Below, piece after piece: positions 1 through 12,300 of a stretch of 64,000 nucleotides of DNA. Made by a program: the position numbers and the translations under genes. Numbering within the stretch: position 1 is the first letter of the stretch; the number at the start of each line of letters is the position of its first letter. The notes beneath the pieces are model-generated. The model did not search any database. It worked only from the letters and a program-made list of their open reading frames with translations, and was not told the DNA's origin. The stretch comes from Phoronis australis (lineage: Eukaryota; Animalia; Phoronida), in the NCBI GenBank assembly GCA_002633005.1, contig NMRA01000501.1:124001-188000 (forward strand). The letters are read 5' to 3'.

Positions 1-168
1 TGGGCATTCTGTGTCGTCTTCACTCAGTATGACGATTATGACGTATGATCTACAGTAGTTAAATGTTGTTAAGTTGAGACAAAAAAGAAGCATTAGAATT
101 GTCCCTTTTAATGCTTATACTGTCAGTTGAACGTCGTGCTGTATAATAATTTGTACATGTCTTGGCAG

Positions 169-313
169 AAAATCTGCGACCACGCTTTGAATGAGAAGAC
201 TGCCTGGCTTGACAGTAATGCACAAGAGGCTACAACACAGGACTTTATCAATCAGAAAGAGCTGCTTGATGAGATCCTGGCCCCAATCTGGCAAAAATTG
301 TCGGAACCACCTC
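169..313 (+). CDS. Exon encoding an Hsp70-family C-terminal helical lid (gene begins left of window)
   Basis: cttggcAG acceptor, then KICDHALNEKTAWLDSNAQEATTQDFINQKELLDEILAPIWQKLSEPP, matching the Hsp70/BiP lid pattern (WLDxNxxAxxE[DE]FxxQxKELExxxxPIxxKL). GTAAGT follows at 314, or read-through gives RK-stop at 321. Confidence 0.65.
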
Positions 314-1228
314 GTAAGTAAACATAGTGTTATTTTTTTGTATAACGCAATATCAATTTGCAGGGCTGCTTTTGAAATTACCAACAAATTGATAATTCAG
401 AGAAAAGCATCAATCTATATTAGAATCGAGTTGCCAGTTCAGATTTGGCATTGTAAAGTTTAAATTTTGAAAAAATATATGCTCATTAAAGTCGTGTAGA
501 TCTTTCTTTATAATTTTTAATTTAGTTCCTGCTCTGTATATGCTAGAATGTACTCAGTTTACAATGCATTCAGTGTATCAGTACTAGTCATTCATATGTA
601 CTGACGTGGACTCTTCTACACGAACAGTTAAATTATCCACATGATCTAGACACAAATTAAAAGTTTAATTTAAACTCGTACATAAAAACGTTGAATGCAT
701 GCTTGCAAGTATAGAATCATCCGCATGAACCATTTCTCATCAGGGTTCAAAACGGTCCGTGCAAATCATTTATATTTGGACACATGAAATTGTGGTTCAT
801 TTGTGTAAGTTTGCAACAAAAATACCTAACGTAGCTGGTGATTACGTTTTTGCGGACCGTACGTGTGATGCAATGGCGCATTTGGATGATTCATTGGTTC
901 GCGCACGTAATTCGCCAGCACTTTTGAAAATTGGTTGTCAAACAACCCTGTAATTTTTGTGGCGAATATAGCATTCTTGTGTTGTTACTGCTTGTCTGTC
1001 AGGATACAGTGTAATGGACAAGTAAGTGTCAGAGACAGTCGGAGTTGTTTCCCTTGTCAACATTACTGTTGTCACCCATGAAACTGTTACAGTAGGTTTG
1101 ACAGTACCTGTCGCACCTCAATACAACGTACCCAAGCTTTCAAGTCTCAATTTTACCTATTATTTGTCAGTCAGCCCTGGTTCAACAACAAACTATTGTT
1201 ATAACAAACAAATTTCAAAGGTCCCTTA

Positions 1229-1453
1229 AAAAGTATAGTTGCAGGTGGTCTGGTACATGAAGGCGGGCCGACTGAACTGATCACTTGTAACCTTGTTTAT
1301 GTTTTAGTAGTATATAGTTAAAGGCAATTTGAGGAACTAGAGGCCTGACCCATGGGTCTAGCAGTGTGCCTCAGTGGGACTCAAACCCACAACCTTGAGT
1401 GGTTCGGAACGAAGCAGACACGTATCCCACTATGCCACCCTGCCTCCTATTGG
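1229..1453 (-). mobile_element. tRNA-derived SINE, diverged copy
   Basis: Similar to copies at 17256/34542/57293; near-TSD AGGTCCCTTA / AGGTCCCCTTA on the flanks. Confidence 0.7.
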
Positions 1454-1714
1454 AGGTCCCCTTATGTACGTTGTGTCGAGGCTCGACTGCATGTTGTTTT
1501 GTATCTTTTAGTTGATAGTATTTGAGAAAGTTGTACTTTTTTGTATCACTTATTGCTCACATCAAGAATAGTGGGCCTGTTTTTTAGAGGTCATGTGCCC
1601 AGTCCTACCTAAAAAACTGTCATGTATTAGTTTTTTTCTGACATACCTCTTTGACGAATCAGTCAAACACCACAGGGGGCATTAGTGAGCAAAAATCAAA
1701 TATTGTTCTCAGCA

Positions 1715-1910
1715 TCCTCATTGGCTAATGATGTACAAAATTCAAACGTCCTCATTGGCTGGTGATACATAAAATTCATGTATGCTTTATTTATTCGTTG
1801 GATACAAAATTCATAATAATGTCAGCGTTTTTTTTTAAGCATACATTGGATAGTGGTGCACAAAAATTCAAGTGTTGTTAATATCTACATTCATTTGGAT
1901 ACAAAAGTCT
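1715..1910. repeat. Degenerate ~35-bp tandem repeat
   Basis: Recurrent CATTGG(C/A)T..TG.T..ACAAAATTCA and TTGGATACAAAA units. Confidence 0.5.
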
Positions 1911-2244
1911 ATATATTCAGCTCTTGTAATATCCACTTTGGGTACTGGTGTAGATTAATATGAAATTACCTCCATTGGCTAGCATATAAAGGAATACAAA
2001 TATACAATTAGGTCACTTCCCTATGAAAATTAATTAATTTCTTATTGTTTATCTCATGAATGCGTCCCATTCCCCCACTGCTCTCCTGGCACAATTTGCA
2101 TGTAGTCAGTGTTAAATGTTGTCAGTATCAGCTGTTGGCAGATGTGATACATGTCGTGGAACCCAAAGCCCGTTTTATTGAATGTCGCACGTCTGGCTCT
2201 GGCTAAGACTGTCATTACAAGTGCTGGAGCAAAGCTTTTTTAGA

Positions 2245-2395
2245 AAAAAGTAACTGTAGGTGGCATAGTACACGTTGTTCCAGATGTGCGTGGGCCACTC
2301 ACGTGGGCCACTGCACTGATCACCTGGAACCATTTCTATGCTTCATTAGTTAAAGCCGAGTCAGCCGAGGAGGTACAGTGTAGAGACCTGAGTCA
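2245..2395 (-). mobile_element. SINE 3' half fragment
   Basis: Shares GGGCCACTGCACTGATCACCTGGAA with the full SINE copies. Confidence 0.6.
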
Positions 2396-4078
2396 TCTGT
2401 TTATGATGAATTACTTGGATTTTTATATGTTCACACTTGTTTTTAATAAGTATATCAGTGGTCTAGTTTTCTTAAAAACCACAATTTATTTACAAATTGT
2501 TTCTTTTCCTGATTACACCTGTACACACAGTTCTCCAAGAAGTCACTATCCCCTGAATAAAATTTTGCTTTGATTGTTTTGATGTTGTTGCTGAAAGTAA
2601 ATTGGTTAACAAGGGATACTGATTTTGGAATCTTGTGATGTATATTTTATTGTTGCTGTCTTCGTAAAGCAGATGTGTTGTGATTTTCACAGCTTACAGC
2701 AATTGCTACGTAAAAATAAACAAAGCAAAAGGGTCTAGTGGTGCATTACCTGAGACTAGACTCTTGTGAGTGGTGTTAAGATCATGTATAACGTTTACAG
2801 AATATCAGATGGAATACATTGTACATCACAAGCGAATCATGTGGTCTCATTACCTATCAGTTGCAAGTATGGTGTTCCAGGGAGAGCACCTTATGTTACC
2901 CCTCGCTTTCAGGCTCAATGAATAAGTGGAAAACACAACCCTTGCTGTCATAAGGCATTCTGTAATTTTCAAATCACGATTATTGCATAAATAAGAATAA
3001 GGTTCACTACAAGTATGTAAGGGTGTAATCCCGGGGTTTCTCCCTGCAGGTGGATGCTGGGGTGTGTCTCCTTGAAATCAAAAACAAAATGAATTGGGTC
3101 AAAAACTCTACTGAATCAAGAGTAGTGTGCAGTAAATGGCATCGTGCATGGCTACCTGGAGACCCAGCAAGAGACACCATTGGCACACCTTACTGTCCGT
3201 TCTGCTGGTAAAAGCTCCGGGGGGGGTTCTAATTCGGGTAATTCAATTAAAATTAGAGTGTCAGTCGTTATCGTGTGGAGTGCCCCCTTGTGTAATTGTA
3301 CCCTTCTTCACCCCAATGCTTGCCACGCGCACACACAGGTCCCAAAGGAAAGTGAGCTTGAGCGGCTCGTAAAGGTATATGTAAAGTGTGCTCGCACCTG
3401 TAGTGCACTGACAGCACGTAGTTTGAATACGTAATGCGAATTCGTGTGGTGTTTGTCCCGAGTGAGTCAACTACCATGTCATGTTTTGAGTGCTAAATGA
3501 AGGGTGAACGGAGGCATGCCTGAACGTGACTCGGCGAATCTTTTTAACCAGAATGTAGACCGGGCGTGTCTTCACGCAGCTAAAATCTAGCCAAAGTCAC
3601 GTGCTCTCATTTGAAATACACGGCAATATTTCACGTAATCTCACGAAAACTTGCATTTTAGTGAGGTCCTAGCGTTACTGGACGGGAGGCGGTCCACTGC
3701 TCTTGTCTTGACTGAATTTCTGCTCAAAATGGGATCGCATTTCGGATTGCTAATAAATCCAACGGGCAACCGTGGTTTCACTAATTGCTGGATTGTATTA
3801 CATTGTGCTTATCAGTCGTCTAGATCACTGACCATAACCGGTATTTTGGCGTCTCGATTAGGGAGTCAAAGTACTATGGAGCGTTTCATGTGCACTGGTC
3901 ATTACATAACATGAGCCATTTACATGTAGTCTGGTTCAATATTACCCTCTAGGTAATTCCTCCTTCGGACTACGATGTCCGCTTATGATGCATACTTTTT
4001 AACTAATTGGTGGCCATCACCAGCAGTCATGGAATTAACATATGGCCATTTCTTGGCCATTCATTTCGCTCGCCTGAG

Positions 4079-4230
4079 CAGGGGCGGATCCAGGATTTTG
4101 ATGGGGGCAGGGCAGAGTATTAACCAGCATTTGCCCGTCAGACATTCGCACCCCGAACTACCAAATGGAATCTCGGAGAAATTTAGGGGGCATCGCCCCC
4201 NNCCCCCCCCCCCCCCCAAATCCGCCACTG
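4079..4230. mobile_element. MITE with CAGGGGCGGATCC...ATCCGCCACTG termini (hAT-like, 5-bp TSD)
   Basis: Inverted termini and a perfect CTGAG direct repeat at 4074-4078 and 4231-4235. Confidence 0.8.
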
Positions 4231-7119
4231 CTGAGCCTGGCGCATATCATATCAGGATATTTCACTGTGACCTTAATAATTACGTCGTTTATAAACCTGT
4301 TTTCTGTCCCAACGATTTGGACCACTTGCCATTGTGAATTAGGTCTCAATTTTATGGTCAGTTTAGAGGAGGCTTCTTGGCTAGGTGAAGTGCGCTACTC
4401 ATCATTGCTTGAGACTATTTACTGAATTGGGTAGTCACAGCGTGTCACTTTGTTTCGAGCGGAAACGAACTGTCTTTTGTGCAGCCCAGAGGCCACCTGA
4501 GCTGGGAACTAGTCGAGATCGGTTTTGTAGTGGTATTTGGTCTAAATAAATAATACATTTTTTATCAGAACTCAGGTTTGTAATCGCTTTAATAATACCT
4601 TGATTATTTTAAGAATGTTGTGTACGTGTTAAGGTTACCTTCGTTTTCTTGTAACGTGTCCTTTGACAAGCATGTCACGTGGGTTAACTGTGAGACATTT
4701 TAACCTCTACCTGTGTTGAAAGTTTCCACTCAGTGGTCGTTGAGGTAATCATCCCGAATCCCGAGCAGTGTTCCCTCATAGTAACACTAACACACGTAGT
4801 TTTTGTGTTGACTGTGAATCTCATTTAATGACAGATATGTTTTGCTTTTGGTATTATCATTTGAATGTCTGAAATTTCAGTACTGTGCTGAAATTACGAA
4901 TCATCGGTTTCATTCTGAGTACTTTTGTTGAGTTGTAAATTAATGCGCGTGCTGACCCCTCGTGACACGTGGTTTCTTACCCACCTGTGCTGGACTTTCT
5001 CAGTCGTCTGCAGTCATTACCCTTGGCCCCTTATATCCACTTCTAGTGATGAGACCTCCTGCCGACGCGGTTGAGTCAAAATTTAGTTATTCTGACGAAC
5101 TGCCCTTGTACTCTACCAATTTGCTTGTCATTTTGCTCAGTGTGATAGAGGACCCGACGTGTCACCATGTGTTACATGTAGGCCAGTATAGATGTTCACT
5201 GGTTATCAACCTCTGTATTTCCTAATGCAAGAACAATGCGCTGATTTCTACATTTTGATATTAACCAAACACAACCATTTAGGAAGTTATACGAATCGCT
5301 TCACTTGCACAGAAATCAATTATCATCACCCTACGACGAATTGATGACTCCAAAATTAAAAAACTGCATAGGGGATGTGGATGTCGGTCGCGGTGTTCTA
5401 CAGGTAGGGATTGACTCGCAGTTATACAGCAGCTGTTTCTAATGTTGCTCGATACATAAGGGATGAAGCTATATTCTGAAACCTTCCAGTTTCCGTGCTG
5501 AAGTTGGCCTATGTTGTGAATAATTTCAAGGTTAGGCAAGCAACGTGATATGGTGCTGACGCCGTTTCCAAGCAGCGGGTGTCATTCTATTGAGCAAATA
5601 GTACGTTTGCAAAATACGCCTATTAGTGAGCGTGATTTTCAATAGCCAATTAAGGTTGTCTACGACCTGTATCGTGAACCCCGCCTCAATGTACATGTAC
5701 ACTGTATGTTCTATGTTGCCCTTCAATGTCTGTGTTTGGGGGTCAGCATCCGTGTTTGAAAGTAAACGAGTCCTGTCAATGATCAGTGATTAAACCTCGG
5801 TCCTGAAAAAATGGGAAATTGTTGGGGTCATACTTTGTAATGTTTTATCCTTCTGTATTTTCAGCTGAAGCCAAAAGCTAATACCGAGAGTTTCGAGAGA
5901 TGGACACGATCAACATTCCCCTGTATATAGCACGCTTTCTGCGAAAGGTGTGAACATTATTAAATTATCATGTAAGCAAAATCAGAAAAAATAAACAATA
6001 CTACTAGAAATGTGTTTGTGGTCGTTGCTATTTTTATGTAGTGTCATTTTTGGCCATGATATTAACTGAAAGCAAGCAAAAGCACTCGCTTCGCTGATGA
6101 TGTTTTCGGAAAAATCAGAAACCTCTGACCGAATCATTGCTGAATTTCTAGGATTGCAGGGCAAAAAAATGTCGTTTCTCTTACACTGACTAAGTACACA
6201 AAAGTTATCTTTAATTTTCTGTCAAGTAACACGACGCCACCTAGCTTCATTAGGGACTCTAAGTCGCGTTATTTCCAATATTATAGAGAATTCATATAGT
6301 TTCGTTGTACATGTTCCAACCATACCCATACAGAGGTCTTAGTCCATCACGGAACCAATTAGTCAGCGATCGAGTAATTGACTCACGAACTCGACTCTCA
6401 CTGGCCGAACTCTCAAACGACTCTCCCACTGCCATGCAGACACGATTACTCGCAAAAACACTTTCTATGCACTCAAACAGTTCATGCCCGTACTCCAAAT
6501 AGAGAGTCCGAGTACCTAGATGTACGTGTTGGAATTCGCGCGCGAGTTGGGTCTTCGTGAGTCAGGGTTCAGCGCGTGAGCAGTATTCGGTGCCGGGTAG
6601 GTGAACTGATGATTTCGGGGCCCGTAAGCGCTGTTTGATGACATACCTCATCGCATGCTGTTCAGGTAGTTGTAGGCTGAAACAGCGGTCGATCTATGGT
6701 ATTTCAGGGGCTAATTGGCCTCAATCGGTACGTGTGGCTAACGCACTCTATTGTCTCGACAGCATTGTTATTCACAACTATATTCAAACTGTCCCAAAAC
6801 CATTGTGTTTCCGACACAAGACATCTTAGTTCATATTCCATAACTACGTGTACTTGTACATGTAATTTATATTTTTGAATTATTGTAGCACAGGGTAAAA
6901 AAATTACCGTTTAATCGATCTTGAATTACTGCTGATTGAGTTGGCTTGGCGTACAGGTAGGCCTACATGCGCCACTCGACTCGCAATTTCAGGACTGGCC
7001 ATCCCCAACGCCCTGAAGCGTTTTCTCGAGTAACAGTGGTTTCGAATTGTCAGTAATAGAAATATAATTCTATGACGGTTAGGAATAATGCGAGACCAAT
7101 ATGAGAGTGAAAGTCTAAT

Positions 7120-7354
7120 CAGGGCAGATCTACGTTTTCAGTAAAGGGGGGGATTAGAATTCGAGCGAATCCGAGGCGCTACGCCGAGGGGAAGGAAGGT
7201 CGGGAGAGGGGTTCCCTCCTCCCATGTAAGATTTTTTTGTGGTTTTTAGTAGCTAATTTTGTTTTTCTGGCATTTTTTTCAATTTTTGTTTTTGATCCTG
7301 TCCCGAGGGGGGCTTAACCCCTGAACACCCCCCTCCCCAGTAGATCCGCCTCTG
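7120..7354. mobile_element. MITE of the CAG(G/T)GGCGGATC family
   Basis: CAGGGCAGATCTAC...GTAGATCCGCCTCTG termini; CTAAT on both flanks; first ~120 bp homologous to 41156 onward. Confidence 0.75.
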
Positions 7355-7461
7355 ACTAATTAAATTTTTGTTATAGCCAGCTGAACCTTCAAAATGCAGC
7401 TTTGAAACAACCCTCAACTCTTAGTGTTGGTTCGTGGTACTAATTAATACGACGTACAAAC

Positions 7462-7714
7462 CATGCGCGCACATAGGTGTGCTCGGAGGTGTGCTCGAAC
7501 GGCCCCCTCCTGCCCACCCCTCCATTTGGCGAAGTGGGCAACAATGTCCGTTTCAGAGAAACATAGACGCCGCAAAAAGTAGAAATCGAGACTACGGTCC
7601 AAAAACTACCAAAATGCACAATTCGTAGCTCTTAACATACCCGGTGAATCTTAGTAAAAGGTCCACGTTCTCGAAAATTCGAGCCCTTCTCGTTTTTACG
7701 GCTGGGTGTGCATT
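7462..7714 (-). mobile_element. MITE family B (other copies ~25775-25920, ~50595-50850, 59503-59737)
   Basis: Reverse-complement similarity to the shared core ATTTTGGTAGTT...TTTCTACTTT...GTTTCTCTGA...CCCACTT..CCAAATG. Confidence 0.65.
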
Positions 7715-9188
7715 TAATTTTATTTCATGTTTTAGGAAAATGAAGTAGACTAAAGTCCGTGACAATTGCAAGTAGCCCAGCTACCACATGAACAACCTTC
7801 AAAACCAACCCCCCCCCCCTTCNCCTAAAACGCTTGGTTCAGTAAGTGAACTTACAACCACTAAAGATAATATTCATGTTTTGAGAAACGATCTTGTACC
7901 CTTATAGTCAATGAATGGCTGAAAACCTACCCTTGGCACACACCACATGCGCGTTAGTCGTGAATATCTAGGACCAATACTATGATAAAACTGCGTGCAT
8001 TGTGATTTACATGTAGTTGGCCTGCCCATGCTCTCTCGGTCTGGAAAAGTTCAGTCCGTGATTTTATGGGGACACGGTGGGTCCGGCCTTTGCCCGCCGG
8101 TACTGATATTGTCAGGACAGACACCAATTCGTTTTCCTTCGAACCAGTGGTTAGGCTCACCTCTTCTGACGACATTCTAGATCCGTCAATTAATAATTGA
8201 AATTAAATGTAATTTTTGCTTACATAACGACCTTGTTCGCGTGAAAAAGTGACACTCGTTAAGTTTTTACTCCTTGCTTTGGCGTTTGTTGGAGAATGCT
8301 TTACACAAGAGTCCCACACACAACTGAACAAAACAAATAGGTGTAGCAACACCGAGGAGTAAGACATTGTGATTTCATAAGCACACAGGTGGCGACTGCG
8401 ACCAAGAGGCCGCACTAACGTCAACGACCCAACCACAGGAGTCATTGCCGGCGCACTATGCATCCGACGGCTCCCTGCCAGTTGTATTCAACCTCAAGGA
8501 TGCACTCACTGCTGTGTACGTCCACAAGATTTTGAAAAGCCCTCCTACCTGATTTCTTAGTCCCCGCCCCTTATTGCGGGTATTTTTGCCCCGGCCACCT
8601 TCTGTATTGCCCGGCTGAGTGAAACATTAAAATCAACCATCTGGATGCATCTTTTCAATTTTAGGGACGAAATAAACCAGTTCCTCATGCATGGATATAA
8701 ATAAAAAAACAATTGTAGAGATTACTTATAGTGACGCCTATTACTGTTGGGAAAGTGAATTCCCGTGGGATGATTATTGCATGGCTCATGGGATTACATC
8801 CCGTGGGGATTCCGCAAAAAGCTAAAAAAAAACTACTAGTCCTGCAATTTTTTAACAAATATGCAGTCGTCTTTGAACGTAGGTGGCCACCCAGGTATTC
8901 CACAAGTTGTCCTTGTTTCATGATTGTTTCCCGCGACAGTGTCTTGAGGCATGAACGTACATGTATCGTTTAACTCACTCACTGGCACGTCCCCGGTCAC
9001 CGAGGGACTTGTTCAGTTAACGTTGCTTAAATGTCTATAATATTAGCCACTACACAACGTGGAACTTAAAATGACATTGACAAATACAATAAATGTTGCC
9101 ACCCAAGGTGAAAAGAGAAGAGAACCAGACGGGGAATCCTGTATTAAATACAAAAAGGATTTCCCGATACTAAAATTAGACTTGTTCG

Positions 9189-9233
9189 TGACGTCATCTC
9201 GTAAATCACGTGACACAAATGACGAAGCCATTT
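9189..9233 (+). promoter_or_regulatory. Syntaxin-6 proximal promoter motifs: CRE, CLEAR/E-box, YY1-like
   Basis: TGACGTCA 9189-9196, TCACGTGAC 9206-9214 and GCCATTT 9227-9233, lying 110-155 bp upstream of the ATG. Confidence 0.55.
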
Positions 9234-9343
9234 TATTGTTGTCCTGTGAATGAAGTCAGTGAAGTTTTGAACTTTTTCGGAACGACGCCTTCTGTTTGGA
9301 GGATAATGAGAGACTAACGTGTTAGGTGGTTCGTGGGTTCACA

Positions 9344-12300
9344 ATGTCACTCGAGGACCCGTTCTTCGTTGTTAGAGAGTAAGTTTTATTCATTTAAATG
9401 TTGAAGTGCTCTCCGGTCCTCCGCGGCGCTGGGTCGTGTGGGCTGATTCAATGAGTTGTTGGGTTGACTTAGACACGTAACCCGTCAATAACATCTGAGG
9501 TAGTTGACAATACGTCACCTGTGGACGCGGAAAGCATCCAAGTAGGGCTTTTTGACTAACTAACGTCAACCTACTTACTTACAGTGAAGTCTAGTACCAA
9601 GGCTTCCCCATCCTAAATCTAATTTGTTGTAAAAAGTCAAGTGCTTGGGCCTAGTCTAGTCATACTCATAGTGAATCATACATAGCATTGGCAGCCATAA
9701 GTGACAAGACATAATATGTCTGTTTAACCACGCGCAAGTAACCGGAATTTGTCTATTAGCTAAATAGCTTGACTGTTTTTTTTTTGGAGGGGGGTTGCTG
9801 GTTCAATTCCCATGTCGAATTAGCTCGGCAATTACTACATGGCGCAGGGGGCAGATGAGTGATATACCAATGAAGCACTGCACGGATCATCAGGGCACTT
9901 GTCGGATGTAGCGTTTCCCTCATTTTGAGAACCAGACAGTCACCGAATAATGAGCACGTTATTCAGTGGATGAAACTGGTTCTCATATTCAGGTACCCGT
10001 ATGTCCGACCAGTTCCACCATCAGACCTCGCTTGGCATAGTGGTGAGCCTGGACCTAGAGTCAACGACCTTGATGGAAAACAGTCTTGGTCACCTGTCAG
10101 GTGACATGTTTAGAAGGGGAATGTTGCAAAGGGTGCTTCCGGTAAATCATGAGCCTTTGTTATCCATCCAGTAATACTCTTAATTCTACTTTATTGCAGC
10201 GAGGTTGTTAAAGCGCTCCGCAAGTCCGAGGACCTCTATAGTAGATGGAAGGAACTAGTCAAAGCTGGCAATTCACTGTCCAAGGAGGAATTTGATTGGA
10301 CGACCAATGAGCTCCGCAATGGACTGAGAAGTATTGAGTGGGATTTGGAGGACCTTGATGAGACTATTGGTATGTTGTCTGGTCAAAGGGGCTATAAACC
10401 TATACCTTCTGCCAAGAAGCAAATTTTATTTTCGGCCCCTAACTGAGCATAAAAGTGGTCTCCTCTTTCTCCTTACTCTGATGAAATGAGATCAAGGTTT
10501 GAAAAGAACAGTTGGTAAGGGAAATTTCAAGACCAATTTAGAAAAGCGTTTTAAAGGTTTTGAATGTTTGAGGACGAAAATTAGACTAAGTTGATCCAAA
10601 AGTTATTCTGTTTCTGTCCAACATATTGGAGTGTTCTGTGGTGGACACATTACTGTCCTTGTAAGTGTTCTGTGGTGGACACATTACTGTCTTTGTATTG
10701 CAGGTATTGTGGAAAAGAACCCAAAGAAGTTCAGAATCAGTGAACATGAGGTGTTTGAAAGGAAGAAGTTTATCAACCAGACGCGACAAAAAATTAAGGT
10801 AGGTAACGAACTAGTGCTGGTGTCAGAGGGATACCTCGGTATTTTGGTCTAGATTTTGAATATTTGACAGCACCTCCTGCCCATTATGCAGATGAGATTG
10901 TCTGAGGAAAAAGGACATGTGTCAGGATACTTTGACATCAGCGTGAACATTTGTTTTGATACATATCGTTTTAGCATTTGTGTAAAACTTTGAGAGCCAT
11001 AACTGTCAAGGGTAAATATTTTCTTACTGGTTGAGAGAAGTAGAAACTACAACTCATCTACTCTACCAGCCTTATGAAACTATTTAGTGAGAATTGTATG
11101 ATTAAATAGTGAACATGTGCATGCCTGTCTTGTGGTACGGTAGGTGATTATGATTTGGGCAAGATATTATTGTGCAAGCCTCTTTTTCATATGCGCATTG
11201 CTGGTCCAAATTTTTAGGAGGCTTTAAGAAAGAGTTACCTTGGAGACCTTTTACTGCAGCCTACATTGGTTTCCAAGTGTTTGGTTACCCTTGGTTCTCA
11301 TGGAGCCTTTAGCAACCGCTTATTCCGCCTGATGGACATGCTGTCCCTGCACACTTGGGTTATCACTGGTTTCAATTTGGATGAGATAGGTTGGCCAGTC
11401 TTCCAATTCACAATTCAGAGTTCACTTTTAATTGTTTCATAGTATTTTACTGTATTTTGTTAGCATAGTACCAATAGTTATAATTACGCTATCCTTCATT
11501 TTACAGGCTATGAGAGACCACATAGCCAATCCAGGAAGCCGTAGTCAAGAAGAGCGACCTCTGAAGCTGTCGAACCATGCCAATGGGCCGAGCCGACCTC
11601 AGGACAAATACCAGAGGCTAGATAATGAGATAGAGAGGGATAACTCCAAATTCATCAACGACATGAGTCAACAGCAACAGGTACTGTCAGACACAGGGTC
11701 TGCTGAAAATAATAGTCTTTACTATATCTATTGGGGTAAACCCTCAATTTTTTGCGTAAAAAACCTCCTTGTATTTTTTAGATTTTCTCCTTTGCTCTGT
11801 TTTCAGCTATACACCTGCCCCCAGTTTGTGCAGTCGGCACCTTTGGTTTCTCGTTTATGTGGTTGCCCATGTGCAGAATTTCTCATGCCTGCCATTCCGT
11901 CAATATTTTATCTGACTTGTAAAATAGTTGACGTAAAGGCAGCCCCCTTGGTCTTAAACTGGAATCGGTTGTTGATATCAGTGTTCTTGACTACAGAAAC
12001 TATAGCAATTACAAGATGTTAAAAAATCTGATGTCATAGAGTGTGTTATTTATGCATATCAAGTCTAGAATTGGGACATTGAACTGGAGTCAAAAATTCA
12101 AATTGTTTTAATTTACTTAACAAATGGCTAGATTTAAAACTCGATGTAGGCGAGTCAAATTTGATGCAGCAAAATCCATACTCTTTACGGTGAAAGGATC
12201 GGAACGTTGTGTAGAATGCTGGATATGTCTATCCTCTTCCTTCTGTTTTCTTTTGCTTCAGACGATGATAAAATCACAGGACAGTCAGCTGGAGGCAGTG

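Noticed and set aside
4443-4967. TGTCAC...GTGACA solo LTR candidate
   Set aside because: No TSD and no second copy in the window.
11432-12022. 196-aa ORF
   Set aside because: Only 11507-11680 is STX6 exon 4; the rest is intron read-through.
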